64,000 nucleotides of DNA from Mobula hypostoma. Lineage: Eukaryota. The first letter of the stretch is position 1; every line of letters begins with the position of its first letter. The stretch is taken from positions 152,770,001 to 152,834,000 of the forward strand of contig NC_086097.1 in NCBI RefSeq assembly GCF_963921235.1. Reading direction: 5' to 3'. This document shows, in pieces, positions 24,791 through 37,409 of this stretch. The position numbers and the translations under genes were made by a program. Below the pieces are notes generated by a model. The model saw only the letters and a program-made list of their open reading frames with translations. It was not told the DNA's origin and did no database searches.

Positions 24791-27700
24791 TAGAAACATA
24801 GAAACATAGAAAATAGGTGCAGGAGTAGGCCATTCGGCCCTTCGAGTCTGCTCCACCATTCAGTATGATCATGGCTGATCATCCAACTTAGTACCCTGTA
24901 CCAGCCTTCCCTCCATACCCCCTGATCCCTTTAGCCACAAGGGCCATATCTAACTTCCTCTTAAATATAGCCAATGAACTGGCCTCAACTGTTTCCTGTG
25001 GCAGAGAATCCCATAGATTCACCACTGTCTGTGTGAAGAAGTTTTTCCTAATCTTGGTCCTAAAAGGCTTCCCCTTTATCATCAAACTGTGACCCCTCGT
25101 TCTGGACTTCCCCAACATCGGGAACAATCTTCCTGCATCTAGCCTGTCCAATCCCTTTAGGATTTTATACATTTCAATAAGATCCCCCCTCAATCTTCTA
25201 AATTCCAGAGAGTATAACCCTAGCCGATCCAGTCTTTCATCATATGAAAGTCCTGCCATCCCAGGAATCAATCTGGTGAACCTTCTTTGTGCTCCCTCTA
25301 TGGCAAGAATGTCTTTCCTGAGATTAGGGGACCAAAACTGCACACAATACTCCAGGTGTGGTCTCACCAAGGCCTTGTACAACTGCAGTAGTACTTCCCT
25401 GCTCCTGTACTCGAATCCTTTTGCTATGAATGCCAGCATACCATTCGCCTTTTTCACCACCTGCTGTACCTGCATGCCTACTTTCAATGACTGGTGTATA
25501 ATGACACCCAGGTCTCGTTGCACCTCCCCTTTTCCTTATCAGCCACCATTCAGATAATAATCTGTTTTCCTGTTTTTGCCACCAAAGTGGATAACCTTAC
25601 ATTTATCCACATTAAATTGCATCTGCCATGAATTTGCCCACTCACCTAACCTATCCAAGTCACCCTGCATCTTCTGAGCATCCTCCTCACAGCTAACACT
25701 GCTGCCCAGCTTCGTGTCATCCGCAAACTTGGAGATGCTGCATTTAATTCCCTCATCTAAGTCATTAATATATATTGTAAAGAACTGGGGTCCCAGCACT
25801 GAGCCTTGCGGTACCCCACTAGTCACTGCCTGCCATTTTGAAAAGGTCCCGTTTATTCCCACTCTTTGCTTCCTGTCTGCCAACCAATTCTCTATCCACA
25901 TCAATACCTTACCCCCAATACCGTGTGCTTTAAGTTTGCACACTAATCTCCTGTGTGGGACCTTGTCAAAAGCCTTTTGAAAATCCAAATCTACCTCATC
26001 CACTGGTTCTCCCCTATCCACTCTACTAGTTACATCCTCAAAAAATTCTATGAGATTCATCAGACATGATTTTCCTTTCAGAAATCCATGCTGACTTTGT
26101 CCGCTGATTTCACCGCTTTCCAAATGTGCTGTTATCACATCTTTTATAACTGACTCTAGCATTTTCACCACCACTGATGTTAGGCTAACTGGTCTATAAT
26201 TCCCTGGTTTCTCTCTCCCTCATTTTTTAAAAAGCCGGGTTATATTAGCCATCCTCCAATCCTCAGGAACTAGTCCAGAATCTAAAGAGATTTGAAAAAT
26301 TATCATTAATGCATCCATTATTTCTTGGGCTACTTCCTTAAGCACTCTGGGATGCAGACCATCTGGCCCTGGGGATTTATCTGCCTTTAATCTCTTCAAT
26401 TTACCTAACACCACTTCCCTGCTAACATGTATTTCCCTCAGTTCCTCCATCTCACTAGACCCTCTGACCCCTACTATTTCCAGAAGATTATTTATGTCCT
26501 CCTTAGTGAAGACAGAACCAAAGTAATTATTCAATTGGTATGCCATGTCCTTGCTCCCCATAATCAATTCACCTGTTTCTGTCTGTAGGGGACCTATATT
26601 GGTCTTAACCAATCTTCTTCTTTTCGCATATCTATAAAACCTTTTACAGTCAGTTTTTATGTTTCCTGCCAGTTTTCTCTCATAATCTTTTTTCCTTTTC
26701 CTAATTAAGCCCTTTGTTCTCCTCTGCTGGACTCTGAATTTCTCCCAGCCCTCAGGTGAGCCACTTTTTCTGGCTAATTTGTATGCTTCTTCTTTGGAAT
26801 TGATACTAATTTCCCTTGTCAGGCCATGGGTGCACTACCTTCCCTGATTTATTCTTTTGCAAAACTGGGACGAACAACTATTGTAGTTCATCCATGCGAT
26901 CTTTAAATGCTTGCCATTGCATATCCACCGTCAACCCTTTAAGTATCATTTGTCAGTCTATCTTAGCTAATTCACGTCTCATACCCTCAAAGTTACCCCT
27001 CTTTAAGTTCAGAACCTTTGTTTCTGAATTAACTATGTCACTCTCCATCTTAATGAAGAATTCCACCATATTATGGTCACTCTTACCCAAGGGGTTTCTC
27101 ACGACAAGATTGCTAATTAACCCTTCGTCATTGCTCAATACCCAGTCTAGAGTAGCCTGCTCTCTAGTTGGTTCCTCGGCATGTTGGTTCAAAAAACCAT
27201 CCCGCATACATTCCAAGAAATCCTCTTCCTCAGCACCCTTACCAATTTGGTTCACCCAATCTATATGTAAATTGAAGTCACCCTTTATAACTGCTGTTCC
27301 TTTATTGCACACATTTCTAATTTCCTGTTTAATGCCATCCCCAATCTCACTACTACTGTTAGGTGGCCTGTACACAACTCCCACCAGGGTTTTCTGCCCC
27401 CTAGTGTTATGCAGCTCTACCCATATGGATTCCACATCCTCCCGGCTAATGTCCTTCCTTTCTATTGCATTAATCTCCTCTCTAACCCGCAATGCTACCC
27501 CACCTCCTTTTCTTTCATGTCTATCCCTCCTGAATATTGAATATTCCTGAATGTTGAGCTCCCATCCTTGGTCACCCTGGAGCCATGTCTCTGTGATCCC
27601 AACTATATCATATTCATTAATAACAATCTGCACTTTTAATTCATCCACATTGTTACGAATGCTCCTTGCATTGACACACAAAGCCTTCAGGTTCGCTTTT

Positions 27701-27861
27701 ACAACACTCCTAGCTCTTATACAATTATGTTGAAAAGTGGCCCTTTTTGATTTTAGCCCTGGAATTGCCAGCCTGCCACTTTTACTTTTCACCTTTCTAC
27801 TTTTTGCTTCTACCTTCATTTTACACCCCGCTGTCTCTCTGCACTTGTTCCCATCCCCCTG
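24791..27861 (-). mobile_element. CR1 LINE with essentially full-length but disrupted ORF2 (APE + RT)
   Basis: ORFs 26953-27819 (VNARSI, ITETWL, GDFN, SDH), 26220-26612, 25539-26174, 24888-25523; (agaaacat)n tail. Confidence 0.98.
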
Positions 27862-28721
27862 AAGATAGCAGAATAAGTCTTTTCTAATTACAGCTGGTTG
27901 TTAACTGTATAGTTTACTAATCTCCCAAAGGATATTTTTCTCTATTCAGCTTTTGGCAATTAACCCTCATCTGCAGAGATTTTGAATGATTACAAAGGCA
28001 AAAATAAACTATTTGAAATACTAGCTATATTAATATTGTAAAAGCTTGATTAATTTACCCCCAAATGGATAATGTTTTTTTTTAAAGCGACGGCTGTAAA
28101 GCCTGAAGTGAATAAGCTACATTTTGCACATGGAAACCACTTTGAAGTGATTGAGAAGTAAAACTGACAGTCACGATGTATGCATTTAATTAATAGAACT
28201 AATGTAAAATAAAGTTGGTCAACTGAATCTTTTTAATGCAATTAGTGATGGAAGTAATTAACAAGGGAAAAGTGACAAAGTGTAATTGAGTTCTGCATTC
28301 TAATTAAATTACGTAAAATAACATATTTTTGATGAGGACATGAGAGAACATGAAATGACATAACTAAAATTGCCATGTAGCACAAATCTGGTGTTTTAGA
28401 TCAGATGGCAAATTTTGGGAAAAAAGGGCTATTTTTTTACTTAGGAACAAGAAATGATTTTAATCTGAATAAAAGTTATAATAAGATTACACCTTATTGG
28501 ATTCTTAATTCGATCTACTTACCTTTGTACCAGTCGCTACTAGTCTCTCAGGAAATATAATCCAGAATTATATAGTATAATACAGCACAGAAACTGGCCC
28601 TTCAGCACAATTTGTCCATGTCAAATAAGTTGCCATTCCCAGCAAGTCCTATTTGCCTAAATTTGGCCCTTATCCCTCTAAACCTTTCCTATGCCTGTCC
28701 CTTTCTGAAGTCCTCTTAAAC

Positions 28722-29310
28722 AAAGTCAAATTTGGATTTATTGTCATATGCACAAGTATATGTATGCACAGAAGCAATGATAAACTTACTCACAGCAGCA
28801 TCACAGACACATATCATATAAGTAACATTCATAAGCAATACAAGTTAGACATATACTACACAAAATTTTTACACAAAAACAAAATTAGAACAAAAATGAT
28901 ACCCATTTTAGTGGAAAGCATCAAAATAGTCATAGTGTTCTAAATTAGAGTACAGTTTAATTTTTGGTTCCAGTCTGAATGGTTGAAGGGAAGTAACTGT
29001 TCTTAAACTTGGTGGTGTGGGACTTCAAGCCTCTGTACCTTCTGCCTGAAGAAAAGATGGCATGGCCTGGATGGTGGGGATCTTTGATGATAGACTTTGC
29101 CTTCTTGAAGCTACACTTTCTGTAGATACTCCAAATGCTGGGGGAAGGGGAATGTGCTCATGATGTATTGAACAAAGAACACTACCTCTGCTTCTTCTTA
29201 TGTTCCTGTGCATTGAAATGGCTGTGCCAGGCCATGACGCAACCAGTCAGAATACTTTCAACAGTACATCTATAGAAGTTTGTAAGAGTATTCAGTGACA
29301 AGCCAAACCT
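28722..29310 (-). mobile_element. Rex1/Babar/L2-type LINE 3' fragment, inside an older CR1
   Basis: LTNFYRCTVESILTGC..W motif (ORF 29182-29397); tail aaagtcaaatttggatttattgtc. Confidence 0.8.
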
Positions 29311-30460
29311 CTTTGTAGTTGTTTCCACTTCTACCACTTCCTCTGGAAGCTTATTCCACAAACTTGCCATCATTTGTGTGAAAATCTCAATCCTCATGTC
29401 CCCTTTTCCCCTCTCACTTTAAATATGTAACCATCAGTTTTAGACTTCACTACCTTAGGTAAAAGACAATGAATATTTGCCCTGTCTGTGCCCCACATGA
29501 TTTCATATATCTTTATAAGTTACCCCACAAGCCTCCTGTGCCCTGTGAAAATATTCCCAGCTGATCCAGTTTCTCTTTGTAATTAAAACCCTTTACCCTA
29601 TTAATATCCTTGTGAATCTTTCCAATAACGTATTCAGCTTAAAAATTCCTTCTTATAGGTTTGCAACCAGAATGGCACACAATACTTCAAGTATAGTCTC
29701 CCTAATGATCTCCACAGTTGTAATATGATGTCCCTGACTGATGAAGACAAGCTTGCCAAATACCTTCTTTACTACATTAACTGCGTGTGTCATTTCTTTT
29801 TTGGGAGTATGTAACTTTAGGTCTCTTTGTTCTACAACACTTTCCTGCCATTTACAATGTAAGCCTTGCCCTGGTTTAAATTCCCGAAATGCAACAATTG
29901 CGTTTGTCTGAGTTAAATTCGATCCGGCATTTCTCAGCCCATTTTCCTATTGGATTTATTGTGTATGCCCACAAGAACATGGATCTCAGGGTTGTATATG
30001 GTGATATATACGTACTTTGATAATAAACTTACTTTGAATTTTGAACTTTAGTTGTTCCAGATCCTTCTGCAATCTTAAATGAGTTTTCTCACTGTGCATA
30101 GTACCACCAATTTTGCTGCCATGTGCAAATTTACACAATTAAGCCAACTGTCTTCTTTCTCAGATTTCCTCTAAGCATCCTCTCCCTTTTATTAAATGTT
30201 TGCTTTCGAATAGCCGGCACCTCCACTAACGGGAAAGGTTTCCCACTATGTACCCAGTTCATGTTCCTCGAATTTTGACTTTCAGGAACCCCTTCCACCT
30301 TGTGCACTTCAATAAAAGTCCAGCCCATCCAGTCTCTCCTCATAGCTAAAAAACCTCCCATTCCAGCAATATAATGGTGATTTTTACCTCTTCAAGGTAA
30401 TCCTGCGCATAGTACTCCTGTTGTTATCTAGCTAATATTTTACACAGTTGTGCTGTCACC
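29310..30460 (-). mobile_element. Old degenerate CR1 fragments, with a short Rex-type tail at ~29950-30048
   Basis: FTQ..LWNKLPEEVVE, plus decayed RT-thumb sequence. Confidence 0.7.
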
Positions 30461-31909
30461 GTCCTGCTTGTATAATATGGGATGAGCCGCGTAACAAACC
30501 CAACTTTTTATATGGAATGTTGTTGAACAAATTTTGGAATTCAATGTATTGAGTTAGCCATGGTAATTAATTCTTGTCTGTGGACATTCCCATGATTTCA
30601 ATGATGACATTATGTCTATTGAAACACAGGATACACACACATGCAAATTATAATATGACACCCTAAAATAGTGTCATTGGTTCATAGAGCAATACAGGGT
30701 CTTTGGTCCAGTAAACCCATGCCAACCAAGGTGTCGACCCAACTCGTCCCAATTGCCTGCCAAAGTCTTTTAGCTTTAAAAAAACTGGAGAGTTATATTA
30801 GTCTTTGCTAACAGAGCAGACCAATTGATGATGAATTGAGACCTACTTATAAGTACTTGATTGCCAGCAGTCTGCTGGATCCGACAACCTGTCTCCTCCA
30901 AAGACCAATTTCTCCCTGGCTGGCTTTTTCAGAAAACTGCTGACAGCCAATTGCATTAGCTCATTGATTTTACCACAGTTCACTTGCATTACCACCTGCT
31001 CAAAAGAAGTTGGAGAACCTGATACGACAGATGGATCCATGCTGACTGCTGTTGACTACTTATTTTTTGCTTGAGTAGTCTTTATTTTTCACTTGCATTA
31101 TTTTACATGGAAATGAATTATGAATATTGGGCAATTAGTTCCCTGTTTCTGTTTTATTGAATATGATCATTGTATTAGTTTGACTTCAGTCTACTGGGAG
31201 CTCCCAGTATCCAGTAATCTGCTTGTAATTACTGACAACATGTGACAGATCTCTCTGGGCTTTTGCAGCACCAGGGGATAAATAATATTTATCTCTTAAG
31301 ATTTATTACTCTTGACCACTTTAAAGATGCCTGGAACTCCCACTTCATTTACATCAAATTCACTAATGTTGGTTTTACTAAATCATATAGTTTTCTTTGT
31401 GTCTCTGTGCTGGAGTCCATCTGTTAGTTATCTAGCTCATCTTAATTCTTACTATTTCTCAGTTTCATGTTCTTTGAATGAGACTAATTTGTTTTGAATT
31501 TCTGCCTCAAAACTCTTCACATATCCTGTCAAATCCGGAACGTTCTCTACCCCAAATTAAGTGTGACTTCACTGGTGGCAGTATAAGGGCCCCAGGGAAG
31601 AGGGTGCCCTTCTTGTCAAACCAGATTAATCCCTGAGACTCGTTATTATAATTCATCCACTTTGTGATTCTCAATCTGGTTACCCAAAGCATCTTGCTTG
31701 TCAGATTCTATCCAGTTTCAATCACATCGAAGGGTCGCAGATAAATCCAGAGCCAGAAAATAACAGCTAAAGGGTAGCTGATTGCAGCATGTAGTTGTAT
31801 CTTTCAACACCATGCAAAGTATTGATTGATGTGTCCGTGCCTGAAATTGGTGCTGGAGTCTTATCTCAGCAAGAAGTGTGTCAAGCTGAGATAAGGCAGA
31901 GATGGAAGA

Positions 31910-32080
31910 AATTTCAGATGCTAGAAACTAGAGCACAAAACAAACTGCTGGAAGGATTCAGCAGGTCACACAGTGTCCATGGAGACAAAGCGACACATGA
32001 CTTTTCAGGTCCTGCCAATCCTGACTCAGAGTATCTGCCTGAAATATCAACCATTATCCCCTTGCCTCCACGGATGCTAA
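31910..32080. mobile_element. Degenerate palindromic Penelope pseudo-LTR mini-element
   Basis: Left arm ...gtccatggagacaaag...tttcagg; right arm cctgaaa...cttgcctccacggatgc. Confidence 0.55.
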
Positions 32081-32081
32081 A

Positions 32082-32410
32082 TTCAAATTTCAAAGTTCAA
32101 AGTTCCAAGTAAATTTATTATCAAAATATGTATATTTGACTGTATACTAATCTGAGATTCATTCTCTTGCGTGCATTCTCAGTAGAACAAAGAAATACAA
32201 TAGAAACACAAAGACTGACGAATAACCAATATGCAAAGGAAGACCAAACTGTGCAAATACAAACAAAGAAAGAATAATACAGACTCGTAGAGTCCTTCAA
32301 AGTGAGTCCATAGTTTGTTGAGTCATTTCAGAGTTGAGGTGAGTGAAGTTATCCGGGATGGTTCAGGAGCCTGATGGTTGAAGGGTAATACTTGCACCTG
32401 AGCTTAGCAA
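32082..32410 (-). mobile_element. Rex1/L2-type LINE 3' tail
   Basis: ttcaaagttcaaagttccaagtaaatttattatcaaa..., reverse complement of the tail at 24360-24707. Confidence 0.8.
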
Positions 32411-33439
32411 GTAGTGTGCTTTTTTAATAAACTCTTTCAGGTAGCTCCTAAAGTAAACAAAGGTAAATTTAGCAATTTGTAGTGACCCAGAGTTCCATGT
32501 GGATTGGACATAAACATTGGTCAAAGTGCACGTTTATCATTGTTCACGTTTTATGTACGATGCTTAGAAATCCACCCTATCCAACAATACTCTTTGAGTA
32601 TCTTCACTAAAACAGCAATGTTTCTATGATATTCATTGCCACCTTCTGAAGGACAGTTAGGGGTGGATCATAATTGCTGGCCTTGCCAGTGATACCCACA
32701 TTACAAAACTAAGTGTATTAAAGTTAGTTTAGTATCTTACTTGTTCATTTAGTTTATATCCATCTCCTCTCTTCTAGGTTAGGCTTTTAAACCCTCAGTT
32801 CCAACTCCTTTTGAGGCTGGTAAATGACACAATACATTCTTCTACTCTTTCCTTCATGCTCAATTAAAATGACTTCTAGTCTCATAGGGGGCTTGTTAAT
32901 TGAGATGTTATGTTTTCTTTTCCTACACGCATGGTCAAAATTCAGTTGGTGCTGTGAGAACTTGAATATAAAACATTCAAAGCAATAGACTGTTCACCTC
33001 ATGTTTGAAAGAGCAACGTCATTTCTCCCTTCTTGTGGGACTACACTGTGATCACCTCATTTACAGCCTTGAAGAAAGACAAGCTTGATCTAAGCACCAA
33101 CTGGACTAGCATTTTGCACTTAAGTCGCGTTTATTATCATATGCACAAGAACCTATATGCCCAGATGCAATGAAAAACTTGCAGAGCATAACAAGCACAT
33201 AACATCATATAAGCAGAGTCCACAAGGTAAAATATAACTTAAAAATAAATCATACGTATTTTTTTACAGGAAAACATATGTAGAGTAAAAATAAAGTCCA
33301 TTTTAGTGCCCTACTTAGAATCACGACTCAGAACGTGACACTGATAAATTCCAAGGAATAAAGGGAATAGTCACTTCATCTTTATAGAGAACAGTCACTA
33401 AATTTCTAAGTCAAGATGCACAGTATCTGGAATTACAAG

Positions 33440-34540
33440 CAAGAGAAAATCGGTTGGAAATCTGGAACGCTGGGAATCCCAAGCAACACACACAAAATAA
33501 TGGAAACTCAGCAGGACTGAGTATGGAAAAGAGTGCAGTCAACATTTCAGGCCAAAATTCTTCATCAGGACTGGAAAAAAAGAGGTGAGAAGCTAAAGTT
33601 AGAAGGTGGGAGGAGGGAACAAAGAAACACAAGGTGATAGATGAAACCAGGAGGAGAGAGTGGGGATGTAAAGAGCTGTGAAGTTGATTGGTAAGAGAAA
33701 TACAGGGCTAGAGAAGGGGGAATTTGATAGAAGAGGACAGAGAGCTATAGAAGAAAGAGAAGGTAGAGGAGTACCAAAGTGAGCTGATGAACAGGTAAGG
33801 AGATATGGTGGGAGAAGGAAAAAGGAATGGGTAATGGTGAAGGAGAGATTTGGGTGGGGGGGGGCATTACCAGAAGTTTGAGAAATTAATGTTCATGCCA
33901 TCAGGTTGGAGGCTACCCAAAAAGAATACAAGGTGTTTTTCCTTCGACCTAAGTGTGGTCTCATCGCAACAGTGGAGGAGGCCTTGGACTGACATGTCAG
34001 AATGCGAATGGCAAGCGGATTTAAAATGGGTAGCCACTGGAAGATCCTAGTTTTTATGGTGGAGGGAGTGTAGATGCTCAGTGAAATGGTCTCTCAATTT
34101 ACGTTGTGTCTCACCAATATACAGAATACAGCAGATGACTCCAACAGACTCACAGGTGAAGTGTCAACTCGCCTGGAAGGACTGTTTTGGGCCCTGAATG
34201 GTAGGGATGGAGGAGGTGTAGGGCAGGTGTAGCACTTGTTCTGCTTACAAGGTTAAGTGCCAGGAGGGAGATCAATGGGGAGGGATGAACGGACAAAGGA
34301 GTCACATAGGAGAAATCCCTGAGGAAAGAAGAAAGTGGAGGTGGGGAAGAGAAAGATGTGCTTAGTGGTGAGATCATCCTCTCAGTACCCTACTCAGGAT
34401 AGGACTCCTCTTGTCCTCACCTACCACCCCACCAGCTTCAATGTCTAGCACATAATTCTCCATAACGTCCACCATCTCCAACGTGATCCCATCACCAAGC
34501 ACATCTTTCCCTCCTCCTCCCCACTTTCTGCTTTCAGATA
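33440..34540 (-). mobile_element. Penelope-like element: GIY-YIG remnant, pseudo-LTR and 5' inverted segment
   Basis: Minus strand FTCESVGVICCI/LYIGETQRKLRDHFTEHL; pseudo-LTR 33440-33860; 34381-34540 is an upstream PLE segment (PLVLTYHPTS) in the opposite orientation. Confidence 0.85.
33536..33573 (-). ncRNA. Minimal hammerhead ribozyme motif (decayed helix II)
   Basis: Minus strand cagtc-CTGATGA-agaattttggcct-GAAA-tg-TT-gactg; perfect helix I. Confidence 0.6.
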
Positions 34541-35774
34541 GTGCTCAAATTTACTCTCCATTAAAGACAATTCAGGGTATTATTGGGCAGGCTAGAGTGA
34601 AAGAAAGAAATCATTAGATTTGTGGAGTTTCCTGTCCATTAAATATCTTGGTTGTTTCACATCCTCACTCTACCACCCTTTGATGACTGAATGGGATCAA
34701 TCACTGATCATAGGAAACAAAAAGTAAGGAGAGGTTTTTGATGATACTTGATATTATGCTTAGAATATATACTTAACATATTTGTGTGGTCTAATTCTAC
34801 CAGTGTGTATTCACTCCCATTCAATTTATAACAAGTTAGGTTGCAATGTGGTTATGAGGGAAGTATGCTATGCTGTGAGCAACTGTGCAGAAATAAAGCA
34901 CTAATTTTGATTGTGCATCACTACCCATTATTATTTATCCTCGTCAGAATCCCAAATGGCACATCTGGAAAATAAGCATATTCAGAACAAGGCGCAGGAA
35001 GGTGACAACTAATATCTTTTCATTACTCTCAGTGTATACTGGAGGTCATTTAAAGCCATTTAAATCTTTATCTATAATCTGTTAATAATAAAGTAATCAT
35101 ACATTCAATCCTATCCTGTGGCATTAACCAGTAAGTCCAAGTTCTCCCCTTGTGGTTCTGATACTCAGCTGCTAAGAACTAAGTTTAAACTTATCTGATC
35201 CTCCAAAGCCAATGACTTAGAAATTCATTCACATCACACGAAAATTGATTGTGATTGCAGGTCACATTTTCAGCAGGGGGCTTGTATTCAAACGCTGCCT
35301 CCAAATAATAAATATCACATCATATAAGTCAATGATAATAAATCTGATTCCAATTTGTTTCTAGCTATTTTTTTTCTAATGTGTTTGAACAAAGACATCT
35401 TAAGCCTGCTTCACACCTTCTAGACAATGACAAGGACATGTGAGATCGGATGACATTTTTCAAAACCCTCACAGACCTGATGTACACATTAGTGTTTGGG
35501 TAATAAATGGGTGGGCCAGTTGGCATTGGATTTACTCTGCTTATGTTTTTTCCTTCTGTCATTTGTGAGTGACTGCTGGATGTTCAGTGATAATAATGGT
35601 AAATATGTGATTTAGGACATCCGTGAATATTTATTTTTCAATTGCCTTTTTGGAAGATTAATATTAATAATTTTTGAACATTTTTTCCTAAAATGCTTCA
35701 TTTATTTCAAAATATTTTTTCTATACACTTATCAATAGAATGATATGTGGATGTATTTGTGGGATCAGCATTTA

Positions 35775-36850
35775 ATAACTGCAGATGCTGAAACAAAAGA
35801 CAAATTGCTGGAGGGTCTCAGCAGGTGGAGGAAAAAGAATTGTCAACTGTTCAGGTCGAGACTCTACATCAAGACTGAGAGAGAAGAGAGGAGAGAACCA
35901 GTAGATGAGAGTGAGGAGTGAGGCATGAGCTGGCAGGTAATTGGTGGAGTAGATGAGGAAGACAATGATGGGCAGATGGAACCAATTAATGACAGGGGAA
36001 GATGTAGAGTTAGAGACTAAAAGGATAAGTGAGGACAACAAAGGCCTGCAAATCCTGGAACCCAACGAGTAAGGAAGGTGAGAAGTGGAATCAGATAAGG
36101 GAGGAATAATGGGCAGATGGGACCATTGGGTGAAAGGATAGGAGATGAAGTAGGATAAGCATGTGGCTGATCGACAGATAGAACCAGATGGCAGAGGGTA
36201 AAGAAGTGGGATTTGGGAGAAACTGAGTGGACCAGAAGGAAATAGAAAGCAACATAGGGGATGTAGTTTACCCGGAAATGGCAAATTTGTTTTTCTTCTA
36301 TTGGCTTGTAGACTACCCAGGCTGATTTTGAGACACTGTTCTTGTAGTTTGCATTTGGCCTTGCCCTGGCACTGGAGAAGGCTGACTCTGACTTGTCAGT
36401 GTAGGAACAGGAGGGGACAAATTGTGGACAAATCAAAGCAGTCACCTGGTCTATACTTAGTCTGATTGATGTAACGGACCCCACATAGTGAGCACTAAAT
36501 TCACTAAATTCAACAGACAAGTTTGAGGGATGTGAGTGCAAATCTCTGCCTCACCTTAGTGTCCTAACAAACTGAAACATCAACTGTTCATTTCCCTTCA
36601 TTGATGCTGCCTGACTTGCTGAGATCCCCCAGAATTTTGTGTATGTTTCTCTGCCTCACCTGGGAGAGCTGTTCAGGTCCTTGAATGATGGTGAGGGTGG
36701 AACTGTAAGGACCAGTGTTGCAGATGGAAGTCTCAGGGGATGGGAAGGGCTGGTGAGATGGTATGAGCAATTCAGTTAGTCAAGAATAGAGTAGCTCCTG
36801 TGGAAAGCAGAAATGGGTCAAAGGAAAAGATATAACTGGTGGAGGAATTT
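35775..36850 (-). mobile_element. Older Penelope-like element (GIY-YIG remnant + pseudo-LTR)
   Basis: Minus strand QGPEQLSQVRQR..CSLCGVRYINQT; pseudo-LTR tail at 35775-35880; a short plus-strand pLTR tail is inserted at 36557-36647. Confidence 0.7.
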
Positions 36851-37409
36851 GGGTGACAGCTCCATTGGATCCGTACAAAACACAAGAGTTAAAATTTGTG
36901 GGACCTAATCCCAAATTTTCTGTTCAAACCATTGTTTTCAATTAGTCTCTGCCACCGACCCCCTCACCCCCAACTCCACTCCCTGGAGCATGTTAACTGA
37001 CTGGTCATGGTGATTTTGATAAAGAGTTGCTCAACATCTACTATGACTGTGATTTACAGAAATTATTCCGCTCTTGTGAATGGAAAATTCATAATGTGTT
37101 ATGAATTCATAGTAGGTAGCTAAACATTTGAATTTTTTCATATTCTTTCAGTGATTTTAGTTGTTTCTTTTAGTCATCTCACAGGATTGAAGATTACTTG
37201 TTTCCATTCCAGTTCTTTGGGACCTGAAGTGAGGCCATTTTAGGCTTTATATTCTTCTCCACAGGAGAAACAGGAGGTGCTTGGCCTAATGAGTGTTTGG
37301 GAAGTGATACACTGCTTCTGCCACCTAAACTGGGCTTGTTTGTGTTCTCAATGCATGGACATGAGATCTCCAATATCACCACTGCTCCTCCTCCTCTTCT
37401 CCTCCACTG

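Noticed and set aside
14223..27733. Long plus-strand ORFs (e.g. 16094-16654, 21455-21847, 26816-27550)
   Set aside because: Antisense shadows of minus-strand CR1 ORF2.
35772..36541. 170-aa and 174-aa minus-strand ORFs
   Set aside because: They cross a pyrimidine-rich Penelope UTR and a decayed GIY-YIG region; low stop frequency is compositional.
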